Assembly: GCA_963843145.1 (NCBI GenBank)
Contig: CAWJJC010000012.1
Span: 128,001 to 192,000 of the forward strand
Direction of reading: 5' to 3'
Length of the DNA: 64,000 bases
DNA from: an uncultured delta proteobacterium
GTDB taxonomy: Bacteria > Desulfobacterota > RBG-13-43-22
The notes under the pieces were generated by a model. It worked only from the letters and a program-made list of their open reading frames with translations. It was not told where the DNA came from and did not search any database. The first letter of the stretch is position 1, and each line of letters opens with the position of its first letter. The translations under genes and the position numbers were made by a program. Of this stretch, positions 31,675 to 41,669 are shown one piece after another.

Positions 31675-33012
31675 ATGAAGATTATCCCGCGGATATACGA
31701 TGCTTATTTCCAGCGTTCCTTGGCCGGTTCCCTGATCACCGTTCTTCTCGGTCCCAGACAAACCGGCAAGACCACTACCGTTAATCATTATCTGGAGGGC
31801 GTCCCCCCTGACCGGAAATTTTATCTGAACCTGGATTCCTCGTTCGAGCGCGACCGAGTTGTCGGACGGGAAACCTATCTGACGGAACGAATAGAAGAAA
31901 CCTTGGGTTTCAAACTGGACCAGTTGAGAGAACGCTTTTACCTGTTCGTTGACGAGGCCCAAAAGCTGCCCTTGATTTTTGAAATCGTTAAAATGCTGAA
32001 CGACCGATATTCCCGGGATCTGAAGATTATTCTCACCGGCTCATCCAGTCTGGAACTGCTGGACAAAACGGCCGAGACCCTGGCCGGCCGCATTCAGTTT
32101 TTGAGGATCTATCCGTTCACCTTGAGCGAAGCGGCCTTATACGAAGGCTTGGGCGAGGTCGATGGCCCGAGTTCCCTCTACGACCAGATTTTCTCCGGAA
32201 CCGTCTCCCGGAAAAAAACCGGCCGGTTGATCGAGAACCGTACACCGAAAAGCGCCAAGAAGAAAAAGTTAATCGACCGTCTGCTGACCCGGAGCCTTTT
32301 CCCGCCGACCTTTTCCCGGATAGAGGAGGCGGATATTCCCCGCTGGCTGAACGACTATATTGACACCTATGTGGAACGGGATATGCGCAGTCTGAAGGAC
32401 ATTGGAAACATCGAGGGCTATCGCCGGGTAGTGGCCCAACTGGCCGCCCGGGTGGGGGTGCTCATGGATTTTCACGCCCTGGCGGCTGATTCCGGGGTAA
32501 ACCAGATCACCGCAAAAAAATATGTGACGGTCTGGCAGGAAAGTCTGATCGGCTTTTTGTTGTCCCCGTTCTTCCTGAACCTGGCCACCCGCATTAAAAA
32601 ATCCAAGAAAGTCTATTTCTTCGATAATGCCCTTTCCTGGGCCTTAGCAGGGTTTAAGGAGCGGCGGCTGCTGGATGCCGGCGGGGAAAGCGGTCATTAT
32701 TTTGAAAACCTGATGATCAGCGATTTCCTCAAATGGGGAGCCAACCGGGAGAAGCCGGTCACTTTTACCTTCTGGGAGAAAAGTTCGGTCTGTGAAATAG
32801 ACCTGGTGATCAGCACGCAGGGTCTGACCATTCCGGTGGAAATCAAGTATTCCCAGACCTGGGATAAGAAGTATCTCCATGCCATCCGGATGTTTAAGGA
32901 AAACCACCGGGAGAAAAACCTGGAGATCCCTTTTTCGCTGGTGATTTATCGAGGCGATTTTGTGGCCCTCGATGAAAATATCTACGCCATTCCCGCCTGG
33001 GCCTTTGGCTAG
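31675..33012 (+). CDS. AAA+ ATPase with C-terminal DUF4143 (PD-(D/E)xK-like) domain
   Basis: GPRQTGKT, FVDEAQK, TGSSSL, LAGR, KVYFFDN, EIDLV..IPVEIK; TTGACA/TATATT promoter directly upstream. Confidence 0.9.
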   Translation: MKIIPRIYDAYFQRSLAGSLITVLLGPRQTGKTTTVNHYLEGVPPDRKFYLNLDSSFERDRVVGRETYLTERIEETLGFKLDQLRERFYLFVDEAQKLPLIFEIVKMLNDRYSRDLKIILTGSSSLELLDKTAETLAGRIQFLRIYPFTLSEAALYEGLGEVDGPSSLYDQIFSGTVSRKKTGRLIENRTPKSAKKKKLIDRLLTRSLFPPTFSRIEEADIPRWLNDYIDTYVERDMRSLKDIGNIEGYRRVVAQLAARVGVLMDFHALAADSGVNQITAKKYVTVWQESLIGFLLSPFFLNLATRIKKSKKVYFFDNALSWALAGFKERRLLDAGGESGHYFENLMISDFLKWGANREKPVTFTFWEKSSVCEIDLVISTQGLTIPVEIKYSQTWDKKYLHAIRMFKENHREKNLEIPFSLVIYRGDFVALDENIYAIPAWAFG

Positions 33013-33418
33013 AAAGGCTTTCTACGCGAAGATTCTAAATTACGTAAGCATTTTGTCGGGCTTCTGAAAACCATTTTGTTACGTATTTACTAAAGATGAG
33101 GCAGTCCTTCCGCGGCAAATAAAAAGGGCCTTTTTGTCCGCCCCCCATCTTGACTCGCTCACATCCCGTCGGCAATGTGACCAGTTTCAGCAGTCTGTTA
33201 AGATGTCCGGTCCTTCCAAAAGTTTCCCTCCATATATGGAGGTTCCGCCACATATGGAGGTCTGGCAGATTGCTTCAACCTCTTTTACTATTCTCTCCTA
33301 TTACCATAACCGTTCGATATCAGACCAGATTCAAAGTTCATTCTTTTCCCCCGGAAGTTGGCCAGCTAATTGCTATGATATAATTAGTGTAAATTAAAAA
33401 AATAATAGGAGGTAGAAC

Positions 33419-33883
33419 ATGAAAAGTGGAATTTTAGTAGGGATCTTGGCTCTTGTACTTAGTATTAGCGTTTTAGCCTTTGCCCAGGGACCAGGGATGA
33501 TGGGTGGAGGTTACGGCGGTGGACCCGGCTATGGCGGAGGTTACGGAATGGGTCCAGGCATGATGGGTCCCGGCTATGGCGGAGGCTACGGCGGGGGACA
33601 AGGCTATGGTGGTGGTTACGGAATGGGTCCCGGCATGATGGGTCCTGGCTATGGCGGAGGTTACGGTGGGGGAGCAAGGCAAGGTTACGGCCTCAGCGAG
33701 GAATGCCAAAAATATTTTGACGAGTCCGCTGGAAAGAGAAAGGAATTGCATGTTAAACAGTTTGATTATTCTGAAGCCCTGCGAAATCCCAAGACAAAAC
33801 CAGAACATGTAACTAAGCTTGAAAAAGAGATTTGGGACCTGCAAAAGGAAATTTATACCAACACACCGCGAAATTGCCGTTAG
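33419..33883 (+). CDS. Secreted ZraP/Spy-like periplasmic protein with Gly/Tyr/Met-rich repeats
   Basis: Signal peptide (..AFA/Q), repeated YGMGPGMMGPGYGGGYGGG, helical C-terminus; AGGAGG RBS. Confidence 0.75.
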   Translation: MKSGILVGILALVLSISVLAFAQGPGMMGGGYGGGPGYGGGYGMGPGMMGPGYGGGYGGGQGYGGGYGMGPGMMGPGYGGGYGGGARQGYGLSEECQKYFDESAGKRKELHVKQFDYSEALRNPKTKPEHVTKLEKEIWDLQKEIYTNTPRNCR

Positions 33884-33910
33884 CTACGGCTGAAAATTAA
33901 AAATATGATG

Positions 33911-33946
33911 AAAGGCAGCCGGTTGAGAAGCCGGCTGTTTCTTTTT
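33911..33946 (+). terminator. Rho-independent terminator
   Basis: aaaggcagccggt...gccggctgttt stem followed by ctttt. Confidence 0.75.
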
Positions 33947-34151
33947 CTAAAAGAGGAAGTCCTAAATATTTTTTGAAAAGTATCAAGCCAGTTCGCCGTA
34001 GCAGTCGAGAGAGTAGAAATCAAATTTATCGACGATTACGGTTTAAACTCTTGTCATTTTTCAACAATGGGAATTTGCGGACTACAGGAAGCAGTCTCTT
34101 CCGGAAGAATAAATCTCCTTCCCTTCCAGTGCGCATAGATAGGAATAACAG

Positions 34152-35441
34152 TTAAGGCCGCTCCAGTTTTCCTCCTACCATCCGCTGGGTGATCTCCCAG
34201 ATAACCTGTATTCCGGTTACCAAATCGCTGATCCGGATCCGTTCGTCTACACCGTGGATCCGCCCGGTATCTTCGGCCTCCAGCATGGCCGGGATCCAGC
34301 CATAACAAACCATCCCCAGGTCCCGAAAACAGCGCGAGTCGGTGAAGCCGGGGAAAATGCCGGGCAGAAAAAGGGCCTTGGGAAAAAATCGTTTAGCGGT
34401 ATCCTCCAGACACAGGAAAAATTCGTTTTCAACCGGGGAAAGTGAGGCCGGAAAGGACTGAATGGCCTGCAGGGAAAAGGGGCCGGGAGGAAGGGTTTCT
34501 TTGATTTCAGCCTTCACCGCCTCCAGGGACCGTCCGGGGAGGACCCGCACATCCAGGGTAGCCTCGGCCCGGGTAGGGATCACGTTGGGCTTAAAACCGG
34601 CCTGGAGCATGGTAATGCTCAGGGTGTCCTGGAACATGGCTCGCAGGTGCGGGATCTGAAGGAGGGGATGGCCGGCCAAGGCCTCCGGGGTCAATTCCGC
34701 CAGTCCCAGATTATTCAACAGGGTCTGCATCTCGGGGAGGACCCGCAAAGGGCGTCGGAGGGCTTTCAGAGCCGACAAGCCTTCCAGCAGGGTATCGCAG
34801 GGATTTTGTCCGTGAGGTACGGAACCATGGCCCGCTTTCCCTTCGGCGGCCAGCCGAAGCCACAGGGGCCCCTTCTCGCCGAAGCCCAGGATGACCGCCT
34901 CCCAGTCTCCCATTCTCCAGCCGGAACCCCCTTCGTTCAACAACCAGGCGGCTTCCAGTTCCGGGGCATGATGCTTCGTCAGATATTCCGCCCCGTTATG
35001 GCTCCCGGTCTCTTCATCGCAGCAGACGACCAGCACCAGGTCTTTGCGCAGGGGTAGTTTCTCCCGTTTGGCCAGGACGAAGGCCATCAGTTCCATGATC
35101 CCCATGCCTTTCATGTCCAAGGCGCCCCGGCCGTACAGATATCCGTCCTTGACAATCCCGCCAAAGGGCGGGATCGTCCATTCCTGGGGATCGGCGCCCA
35201 CCACGTCACAGTGGTGCAGGAGCATCAACCCCCGGGGATCTCGGGCGGAGGTCTGCCGGCAGATCAGGTTGGGCCGCTCCGGATGCTTCCCGAGCACCTT
35301 CGCTTCCAGTCCCGCATCCTTCAGGAAAAGTTTAAGAAACTCGATGGCTTTCCGTTCATTTCCCGGCGGGTTGCTGGTATCAAGGCGCAAGTACTCTGAA
35401 AGAAGGTCAACCGCTTCCCGTTCAATGGCTTTCCAATCCAT
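34152..35441 (-). CDS. M20/M25/M40 family metallo-hydrolase
   Basis: HHCDVV, GRGALDMKG, DEETG, GHGS, IHGVDERI. Confidence 0.92.
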   Translation of the reverse strand: MDWKAIEREAVDLLSEYLRLDTSNPPGNERKAIEFLKLFLKDAGLEAKVLGKHPERPNLICRQTSARDPRGLMLLHHCDVVGADPQEWTIPPFGGIVKDGYLYGRGALDMKGMGIMELMAFVLAKREKLPLRKDLVLVVCCDEETGSHNGAEYLTKHHAPELEAAWLLNEGGSGWRMGDWEAVILGFGEKGPLWLRLAAEGKAGHGSVPHGQNPCDTLLEGLSALKALRRPLRVLPEMQTLLNNLGLAELTPEALAGHPLLQIPHLRAMFQDTLSITMLQAGFKPNVIPTRAEATLDVRVLPGRSLEAVKAEIKETLPPGPFSLQAIQSFPASLSPVENEFFLCLEDTAKRFFPKALFLPGIFPGFTDSRCFRDLGMVCYGWIPAMLEAEDTGRIHGVDERIRISDLVTGIQVIWEITQRMVGGKLERP

Positions 35442-35443
35442 AG

Positions 35444-35788
35444 TTATCCTTCCCGCACGAAATGGGGCATCTGCGCCGGAATTTCCAGGGATAGTTCAAT
35501 AAAACCGGCGTAGCGGCCGTCTTGATACCAGGGAGATTGACAGATCAACCGATGCCGGCCTTTTTTTTCAATAGTATAGACATTGGACCGGTGATCCTCC
35601 AGCATGCGGGCTAATTTGGTTTTGGCCGGCTCCGGATGGCAATCCAGGACATTGGTTCCAACCAACCGGCGTCCACCCTGGGCGCTAAAAACCGTTGCCG
35701 CTTGATCGTTCATAAAGAGGATGGCCCCGGCGGCATCGCAAACCAGGAGGGACCCCGGAAATTCCTTAACCCAATCCAGCGATTCCAT
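35444..35788 (-). CDS. Stand-alone PAS-domain protein
   Basis: VCDAAGAILFMN, G.NVLDCHP, YTIEKKG, PWY.DG.YAG.IE. Confidence 0.75.
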   Translation of the reverse strand: MESLDWVKEFPGSLLVCDAAGAILFMNDQAATVFSAQGGRRLVGTNVLDCHPEPAKTKLARMLEDHRSNVYTIEKKGRHRLICQSPWYQDGRYAGFIELSLEIPAQMPHFVREG

Positions 35789-35795
35789 GCCGGCC

Positions 35796-36650
35796 CTACA
35801 TCTTCTTGAGTACTTGATAGATGGCTGAAAAATCCAGCGCATCCTGGTTCTGGGGAAAAGTCAGGCCGAACAGTTCCTTGGTCACCCCGGTAAGAAAGGC
35901 CGATTTTTTAACGCTCCGGGCCAGGTCCTGGAGATAATGAAGGTCCTTGTAGATCAGGGCGGAGGAAAAGTGGGCTGAAAAATCTTCGGTCAGCAGTTTT
36001 TCGCGCTTGGCGTTTAAGACCATGGATTGGCCGGCCCCTTCGTTTAGTATTTCCAGGACTTTTTTCTTGCTTAACCCGGAGGCTTCGCCCAGCACCAGGG
36101 CTTCAGCGATGGCCGCCATAAAAGCTCCCAACGCTAAGTTATTGATTAGTTTCATTTTGGTGGCCGACCCGGGTTCCTCCAGGTAGAATATCTTCCGGCT
36201 TATTTTTTCGAGGATGAATCGGGTGTCTTCGTAGGCTTTCTGGTCGCCGCAGACCAGAGAGACCAAGGACCCCTGAGAAGCAGGGACGACACTTCCCAGG
36301 ACCGGTGCTTCCAGATAATGCCCCCCTTGGCTTTTCAGGATGTCGTGAAACAAAAGGACCTCTTCGAAGTGATTGGTGGAAGTGTCAATGATGGTCTTGC
36401 CGGGTAGTCCTCCCTGAATGAGGCCGTCCTTCTTGAAAAAGACCGATTTGACCGCTCGGCTGTCAAATAGATTGATTATCAGCGTGTCGACCTTTTGGAC
36501 CAACTGGGCCGGAGATTCGGCAACCGGCACTCCCAGATCGGTTGCCTTTCCAACGGTTCGATTCCAGACCACCAATTCCAGCCCTTCGGAGATCAACCGC
36601 CTGGCCATCGCCTTTCCCAAATGGCCTAAACCGATGAAGCCTATTTTCAT
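35796..36650 (-). CDS. NAD(P)-dependent beta-hydroxyacid dehydrogenase (3-hydroxyisobutyrate dehydrogenase family)
   Basis: IGFIGLGHLG, EAPVLGS, MKLINN, KDL. Confidence 0.9.
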   Translation of the reverse strand: MKIGFIGLGHLGKAMARRLISEGLELVVWNRTVGKATDLGVPVAESPAQLVQKVDTLIINLFDSRAVKSVFFKKDGLIQGGLPGKTIIDTSTNHFEEVLLFHDILKSQGGHYLEAPVLGSVVPASQGSLVSLVCGDQKAYEDTRFILEKISRKIFYLEEPGSATKMKLINNLALGAFMAAIAEALVLGEASGLSKKKVLEILNEGAGQSMVLNAKREKLLTEDFSAHFSSALIYKDLHYLQDLARSVKKSAFLTGVTKELFGLTFPQNQDALDFSAIYQVLKKM

Positions 36651-36888
36651 GTTTCTTCTCCTATTGATGATTGATGAATTTGGTCAAAACACGAAAATTC
36701 ATTCTCTCACAAACATCGAAAAGGATCAATTGGAACCTCCAATTTATAATTCAGAAAAAAAGTTTGAATAGATCGACATCTCGGAGAAAAATCGAAGGAC
36801 TTGGTTGACACTCTGGAAATACGATATATTATAAAAAAGATGATCTAAAGAAACACAGCCAAAGTTGAAACAAAAAGAGGTGGAATCA

Positions 36889-37080
36889 ATGAAAAACAAA
36901 ATCTGGATGACTGTTTTAGCCTTATCCTGTTTAATGGTTGTTCTGCTGAGCAGTGGGTGTGTGGGTCCACAGTTCGGCCAAAGAACTGAACGAGAAGAAC
37001 GACCAGTGATTGGAGTTTCTACCGAATTGCCGGCTGTTATCTACCAAAATGGCTCGGCCCGTCCCGCTTCAAATCCTTAA
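36889..37080 (+). CDS. Small putative lipoprotein
   Basis: MKNK + hydrophobic stretch + LSSGC lipobox; GAGGTGG RBS; TTGACA promoter at 36805. Confidence 0.55.
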   Translation: MKNKIWMTVLALSCLMVVLLSSGCVGPQFGQRTEREERPVIGVSTELPAVIYQNGSARPASNP

Positions 37081-37118
37081 GAAGGAAGTGTTTTGAAATA
37101 ATTAAAGGAGGCGACCCA

Positions 37119-37781
37119 TTGGAATTTAGTGAAGCCGTCCGCAGACGGCGAAGCGTCCGTTTGTTTCTTCCTGACCCTGTTCCCCGTGATACCATCACGC
37201 GCATCGTCGATCTGGCGCGGTGGGCTCCTTCGTGGGGAAATACCCAACCCTGGGAGATCGTGGTTGCCGACGGGGACCAGGCCAGACATCTGGCCGAGGC
37301 CTTCGAGGCGGAAGGGAAGAAAGGCACCCCACCCCGTCCTGACCTGGCGATTCCCTTGGACTTCCCGGAAGTTAACAAGAAGCGTTATATGGGGCTGGGA
37401 AAAGAACTGCTGACTTTCATGGGCATCGCCCGCGATGACCAACAGGCGCGAGTGCGACACTACCTGAACATGTACCGATTCTTCGGGGCGCCGGCGGTAA
37501 TTTACCTCCTTATCGATGGGGCACTCAATGAGCCTTACGCTTGCCTCGATATCGGGTCCATCGGAACGAGCATTTGCTTCGCCGCCGTGCAGGAGGGTTT
37601 AGGGACCATTTATCTCGCGGCGTCCATGCATTATCCGGACATCGTCAAAAGGGTGCTGGGCATACCGGCTGACAAGAAGATCGTAATCGGAATCGCGCTG
37701 GGAACTCCGCACCCGACCGCGCCGGCCAGCCTGTTTCGGAGCAGCCGCGTCCCGGTTGAGGAGATTCTTCGATTCGCTTGA
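37119..37781 (+). CDS. Nitroreductase family protein
   Basis: RRRSVR.F, APSWGNTQPW, FFGAP, GLGT; AGGAGG RBS with TTG start. Confidence 0.9.
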   Translation: MEFSEAVRRRRSVRLFLPDPVPRDTITRIVDLARWAPSWGNTQPWEIVVADGDQARHLAEAFEAEGKKGTPPRPDLAIPLDFPEVNKKRYMGLGKELLTFMGIARDDQQARVRHYLNMYRFFGAPAVIYLLIDGALNEPYACLDIGSIGTSICFAAVQEGLGTIYLAASMHYPDIVKRVLGIPADKKIVIGIALGTPHPTAPASLFRSSRVPVEEILRFA

Positions 37782-37798
37782 GGGGCAGAAATCTTTGG

Positions 37799-38992
37799 CT
37801 AGTGTTTGCTCATCATCTGAGTCACGGCCTTTTCCAGGCCGTCGAGGGTCAGTTCAAACATGGGGAAGATTTCCCGGATCTGCAGGATGGTGTGGGTGTA
37901 GGGCCAGCGTTCGGCCATGACCGGGTTGATCCAGACCGATCGCGGAAAGGTCTGGGCGATAAACTTCAGCCGTTCGAAGCTCGGCTTCCCTGACCGGTCC
38001 CCCACATAAATCGACCCGTCCATGCCCAGTAACTCGTAGGGGGCCATGCTGGCGTCTCCGAGGATGACGAAGCGGGTTTCCGGGTCTAGGCGGACCAACT
38101 GTTCCACCGGGAAAGGTTTGGTCCGGCGGGATGGATCTTCCCACAAGTAATCATAGATGGTGTTGTGGAAGAAAAAGGTCTTCAGGTCTTTAAACTGGGC
38201 CCGAGCGTAATTAAACAAGGTCTGACAAAGTTCGATATAGGGGTCCATGGACCAGCCGCCGTTGTCCACCGCCAGGATAACCTTTAAGCGGTCTTTTAAA
38301 CTACGGTCGAAGATGATTTCTATTTCTCCGGCGTTTTTCATGGTCTGGTAGATGGTCTTGTCCACATTGACCCGGTCCTTGGGGCCGGTAGGGATCAAGT
38401 TCCGCAACCGCTTCAAGGCCTCGCCGATCTGGGCCTGGGTCAAGGGCCCTTCCTGAGAGTAATCTCGATAGCGCCGCTCCATGGCTACCTTGACGGCCGA
38501 CTTGTTGCGCGACAGGCCTCCCACCCGCATCCCGCCGGGGTGGAATCCCGAATGCCCCACCGGCGAGGTTCCCCCCGTGCCGATCCACTTGCCGCCGCCG
38601 TGATGGGCCTCGGTCTGTTCCTTTAAACGGTCCATAAAATATTTCAGCAGTTCCTCGGGAGTCAATTTTTTGAGTTGATCTTCGTCGATTCCTAAAAAGT
38701 CGGCCAGGGTCTGGGGATCTTTCAACCAGTCTTCCAGCAGGGCGCGGGCCACTTCCGAAAGCTCGAAATCTTCGGGGGAGGTAAATTCCAGGCCCCTGAA
38801 ATGGTGGGCAAAGGCCCGGTCGTAGAGATCGAAATACCTTTCGCTCTTGATCAACAGCGTCCGAGCCCCAATGTAAAAATCATCCAGGGAGTTGATCAGT
38901 CCCTGACTTAAGGCCCGCTGTAACTTCAGAAAGGCCGTGGGACTTACCGGGATCCCGGCCTCCTTCAAAAAATAAAAAAATTGTACGAACAT
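37799..38992 (-). CDS. VWA-domain protein (CoxE-like MoxR partner)
   Basis: GGKWIGTGGTSP, DNGGWSMDP MIDAS-like motif, FFHNTIY, GDASMAPYEL, WINP. Confidence 0.85.
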   Translation of the reverse strand: MFVQFFYFLKEAGIPVSPTAFLKLQRALSQGLINSLDDFYIGARTLLIKSERYFDLYDRAFAHHFRGLEFTSPEDFELSEVARALLEDWLKDPQTLADFLGIDEDQLKKLTPEELLKYFMDRLKEQTEAHHGGGKWIGTGGTSPVGHSGFHPGGMRVGGLSRNKSAVKVAMERRYRDYSQEGPLTQAQIGEALKRLRNLIPTGPKDRVNVDKTIYQTMKNAGEIEIIFDRSLKDRLKVILAVDNGGWSMDPYIELCQTLFNYARAQFKDLKTFFFHNTIYDYLWEDPSRRTKPFPVEQLVRLDPETRFVILGDASMAPYELLGMDGSIYVGDRSGKPSFERLKFIAQTFPRSVWINPVMAERWPYTHTILQIREIFPMFELTLDGLEKAVTQMMSKH

Positions 38993-39032
38993 GGCGCCCC
39001 TTACTTGATGAACTCGCAAAAAGACGAATTAG

Positions 39033-39884
39033 CTATATCTTGAAACGAGTCACCCCTTTTTGGGCGACCGCGTAGTCGGGGCTTTTCTTGAACAATACCC
39101 CCAGATAGGGTACCTCACCCTTAACCAGGTCCTTGGGACGAAAATCAGGGTCGGAGCGCAGTGCCCGAATCCAGTTGATCAGTTCCCGGGTAGCCGGTTT
39201 TTTTTCAATGCCCCGGATTTCGCGCAGCCGGTAGAAGGCCTGCACGGTGCTGTCCAGCAGGTCCCGGCTGATTTCCGGGAAATGAACCTGGATGATTCGG
39301 CGCATCATGTCCGGATCCGGAAAGGCGATGTGGTGGAAGTTGCAGCGGCCTAGGAAGGGGTCGGACAGGTCTTTCTTGGCATTGGAGGTAATGACGATCA
39401 CCGGGCGATGTTTGGCCTTGACCGTTTTGTCGATTTCAATGATGTCGAACTCCATCTGGTCCAGCACATCGAGCATATCGTCCTGGAAGTCCGTATCGGC
39501 CTTGTCGATTTCATCGATCAGCAGGACCACTTTTTTATCGGTCACAAAGGACTGCCCAATTTTCCCCATTTTGATATATTCTTCGATATTGCTCACCTCC
39601 CGATTGGAGTCGCCGAAACGGCTGTCGTTCAACCGGGTCAGGGTGTCGTATTGATAAAGCGCATCAATCAACTTCATGCTCGATTTAACGTTGAGCACGA
39701 TCAGGCGCATCTTTAAGGCCTCGGAAATGGCGTAGGCCAGCATGGTTTTGCCGGTCCCCGGCTCACCCTTCAATAACAATGGCATCTCCAAGGACATGGA
39801 GATGTTGATGATCTTGGCCAATTCCTCGTCCAGGACATATTTGGACGCCCCGGAAAATTTTTGCGGTTCGGTTCCACTTGCCAT
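39033..39884 (-). CDS. MoxR-family AAA+ ATPase (CoxD-like)
   Basis: KGEPGTGKT, LYQYD..RL.DS, LLIDEIDKAD, ITSN..K.LSD.FL.RC, KKPAT.EL. Confidence 0.9.
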   Translation of the reverse strand: MASGTEPQKFSGASKYVLDEELAKIINISMSLEMPLLLKGEPGTGKTMLAYAISEALKMRLIVLNVKSSMKLIDALYQYDTLTRLNDSRFGDSNREVSNIEEYIKMGKIGQSFVTDKKVVLLIDEIDKADTDFQDDMLDVLDQMEFDIIEIDKTVKAKHRPVIVITSNAKKDLSDPFLGRCNFHHIAFPDPDMMRRIIQVHFPEISRDLLDSTVQAFYRLREIRGIEKKPATRELINWIRALRSDPDFRPKDLVKGEVPYLGVLFKKSPDYAVAQKGVTRFKI

Positions 39885-39917
39885 GCTGTGACTCCTTCAT
39901 TTAATTTAACTGCTTAT

Positions 39918-39946
39918 AATATAAGAAAATTTAGGTTTCTGGTCAA
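39918..39946 (-). promoter_or_regulatory. Sigma70 promoter for moxR-vwa
   Basis: TTGACC-17-TATATT on the minus strand. Confidence 0.6.
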
Positions 39947-39972
39947 GGGTTTTATGAGAAAACGCGGTCTAT

Positions 39973-40188
39973 TCAATGTTTTCGGCGAGTATAAATTACC
40001 TGATACCGGTCGCAGGAGGCCATCAGGCAACTGGTGCATTCTCCGGCCAACTCCAGGGGGTCCAAAGGCTCCAGATGGACCTCGAAACCCATTGCCCGGT
40101 ATTCTTCCACCGCTTCACTCAATCGAGGTTCATCGGCGGTAAACTGTTTAGCCCAGCCCTCGCTTTCCAATTCCTCTTGACGTTTCAT
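39973..40188 (-). CDS. Small hypothetical protein with CxxC
   Basis: GGAGG RBS; EGW.KQF.ADEPRLSEAVE.Y..MGFEVHLEP...ECTSC...IYTR. Confidence 0.75.
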   Translation of the reverse strand: MKRQEELESEGWAKQFTADEPRLSEAVEEYRAMGFEVHLEPLDPLELAGECTSCLMASCDRYQVIYTRRKH

Positions 40189-40410
40189 GAGAACCTCCAA
40201 AATGCGCCGACCGCCAAGCGCTGAGCGCGAAGCGCCAAAGGCGACCAGGGGAACAAAATATCCATTGCCCCCCCCACTTATCTTTTATAAGACGCTCCGC
40301 GCCCGGCGAGAAAAGAGGCCGTCCGATGCATCCAGACCGTCGGTATTTTTCATTTTACCACATTTCTACAAAGAGCGCTGGAGAAGTCTGCTTTCTCGCT
40401 TGGGGGCCTT

Positions 40411-40701
40411 TTACCAGGAATGCGCGATGGCTCCCAGCGTACAAGCAGCGATGCAGGGAAGTGGCGGCCGATCGACCACCGGCTTACAGGGGCCGCAGGC
40501 GTATTTGATTTTTCTGCGTTCCGAATCGCGAATTACCGCTACCGGGGTTTCACGAAAAGGATCGTTGGGGTCATCCTCCCGGACCTCAAAGGCCCTTGCC
40601 GGACAGGCCGAAACGCAGTCGCCGCAGCCGTTGCATTTATCGGTATCCAGACTGATAAAAAATTCGCCTGCCCCGTCTTGAAATCCGTAATTGGCAATCA
40701 T
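40411..40701 (-). CDS. 2x[4Fe-4S] ferredoxin of the type associated with bzd-type reductases
   Basis: CNGCGDCVSACP and CGPC...PCIAAC; directly follows bzdQ. Confidence 0.85.
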   Translation of the reverse strand: MIANYGFQDGAGEFFISLDTDKCNGCGDCVSACPARAFEVREDDPNDPFRETPVAVIRDSERRKIKYACGPCKPVVDRPPLPCIAACTLGAIAHSW

Positions 40702-40787
40702 AAGAATATGTTGGTTATCGATATTCGGAAACGGTTGACCTCCGGTAGAACCGCACCAGAGGCTTTGGCCCTGCGCCTTGGCCTTTT

Positions 40788-41648
40788 TTATTTTTTCCTT
40801 TCCGCCAGGGCCTTGGCAAACAGGGCGGCGCCGAGGGCCCCGGCGATCTGGGTATCGTACCTGGGCGTGAGGGCCTTGAGGCCCAATTCCTTTTCCAGCC
40901 GGGAAACCACTCCGCTATTTTTGGCAATACCGCCGGTGATGGCGAAGTCCGGCTCCAGGCCGATCCGTTTCAGCAGGGTAGCCACCCGGTGGGCCATGGC
41001 GGAGGTGTAGGCGGCGATGACTCTTTCCTTGGGCCACCCCTTCCGCAGAAGACCCGAAGCCTCGGACTTGGCGAAGACCACGCAGGTACTGCTCACCGGG
41101 GGCGGCTCTTCCTTCACCTGCAACGACAGTTCGCCTATCTCATTAATGGAGACCCCCAGCAGGTCGGCAAACACCTCCAGGCCCCGGCCGGTCCCGGCGG
41201 CGCATTTATCGTTCATTAGAAAATTGGTCACCTTGCCCTGTTCGTCGATATGGATGGCCTTGCAGTCCTGGCCGCCCATGTCCAGCACGGTGCGGACCGT
41301 GGGGCCGTACATAAAATTGGCGCCCCGTCCATGGCAGGCGATTTCCGTGACGGCCCGTTGAGAAAAAGGCACATTGACCCGGCCGTAGCCGGTTCCCACG
41401 ATATAGTGAATTTTATCCAAAGTCAGACCGGTCTTCTCCAACGCCCAGTTCATGGCATTAGCGGCGCTGTTAGGGCTGTCGGACCCGGTGCGCATGTTGG
41501 CATAGCAGTAGATTTCGCCGTCGGTCATCACTACCGCCTGGGAGCTTACTGAACCCACATCCACGCCGGCGGTAATGAGCGTAGCTTTCCTCCAATCTTT
41601 CTCCGGCGCGGTCCAGCGGGATTCGGTCCATCTCCAAAATTCGGCCAT
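40788..41648 (-). CDS. bzdQ: Class I (bzd-type) benzoyl-CoA reductase ATPase subunit Q
   Basis: Trp-rich N-terminus EFWRW.E..W, GVDVGSVSSQ, MRTGSDSP, GTGYGR, DMGGQDCK, MNDKCAAGTGRG, STCVVFAKSE. Confidence 0.8.
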   Translation of the reverse strand: MAEFWRWTESRWTAPEKDWRKATLITAGVDVGSVSSQAVVMTDGEIYCYANMRTGSDSPNSAANAMNWALEKTGLTLDKIHYIVGTGYGRVNVPFSQRAVTEIACHGRGANFMYGPTVRTVLDMGGQDCKAIHIDEQGKVTNFLMNDKCAAGTGRGLEVFADLLGVSINEIGELSLQVKEEPPPVSSTCVVFAKSEASGLLRKGWPKERVIAAYTSAMAHRVATLLKRIGLEPDFAITGGIAKNSGVVSRLEKELGLKALTPRYDTQIAGALGAALFAKALAERKK

Positions 41649-41669
41649 AGTTATTTCTTCCCTGTTAAT

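Noticed and set aside
33035-33397. Short ORFs and the catatggagg duplication
   Set aside because: No RBS, motif or recognisable family; probably decayed or intergenic DNA.
33490-33690. Non-coding tandem repeat
   Set aside because: Explained by Gly-rich coding repeats of the periplasmic protein.
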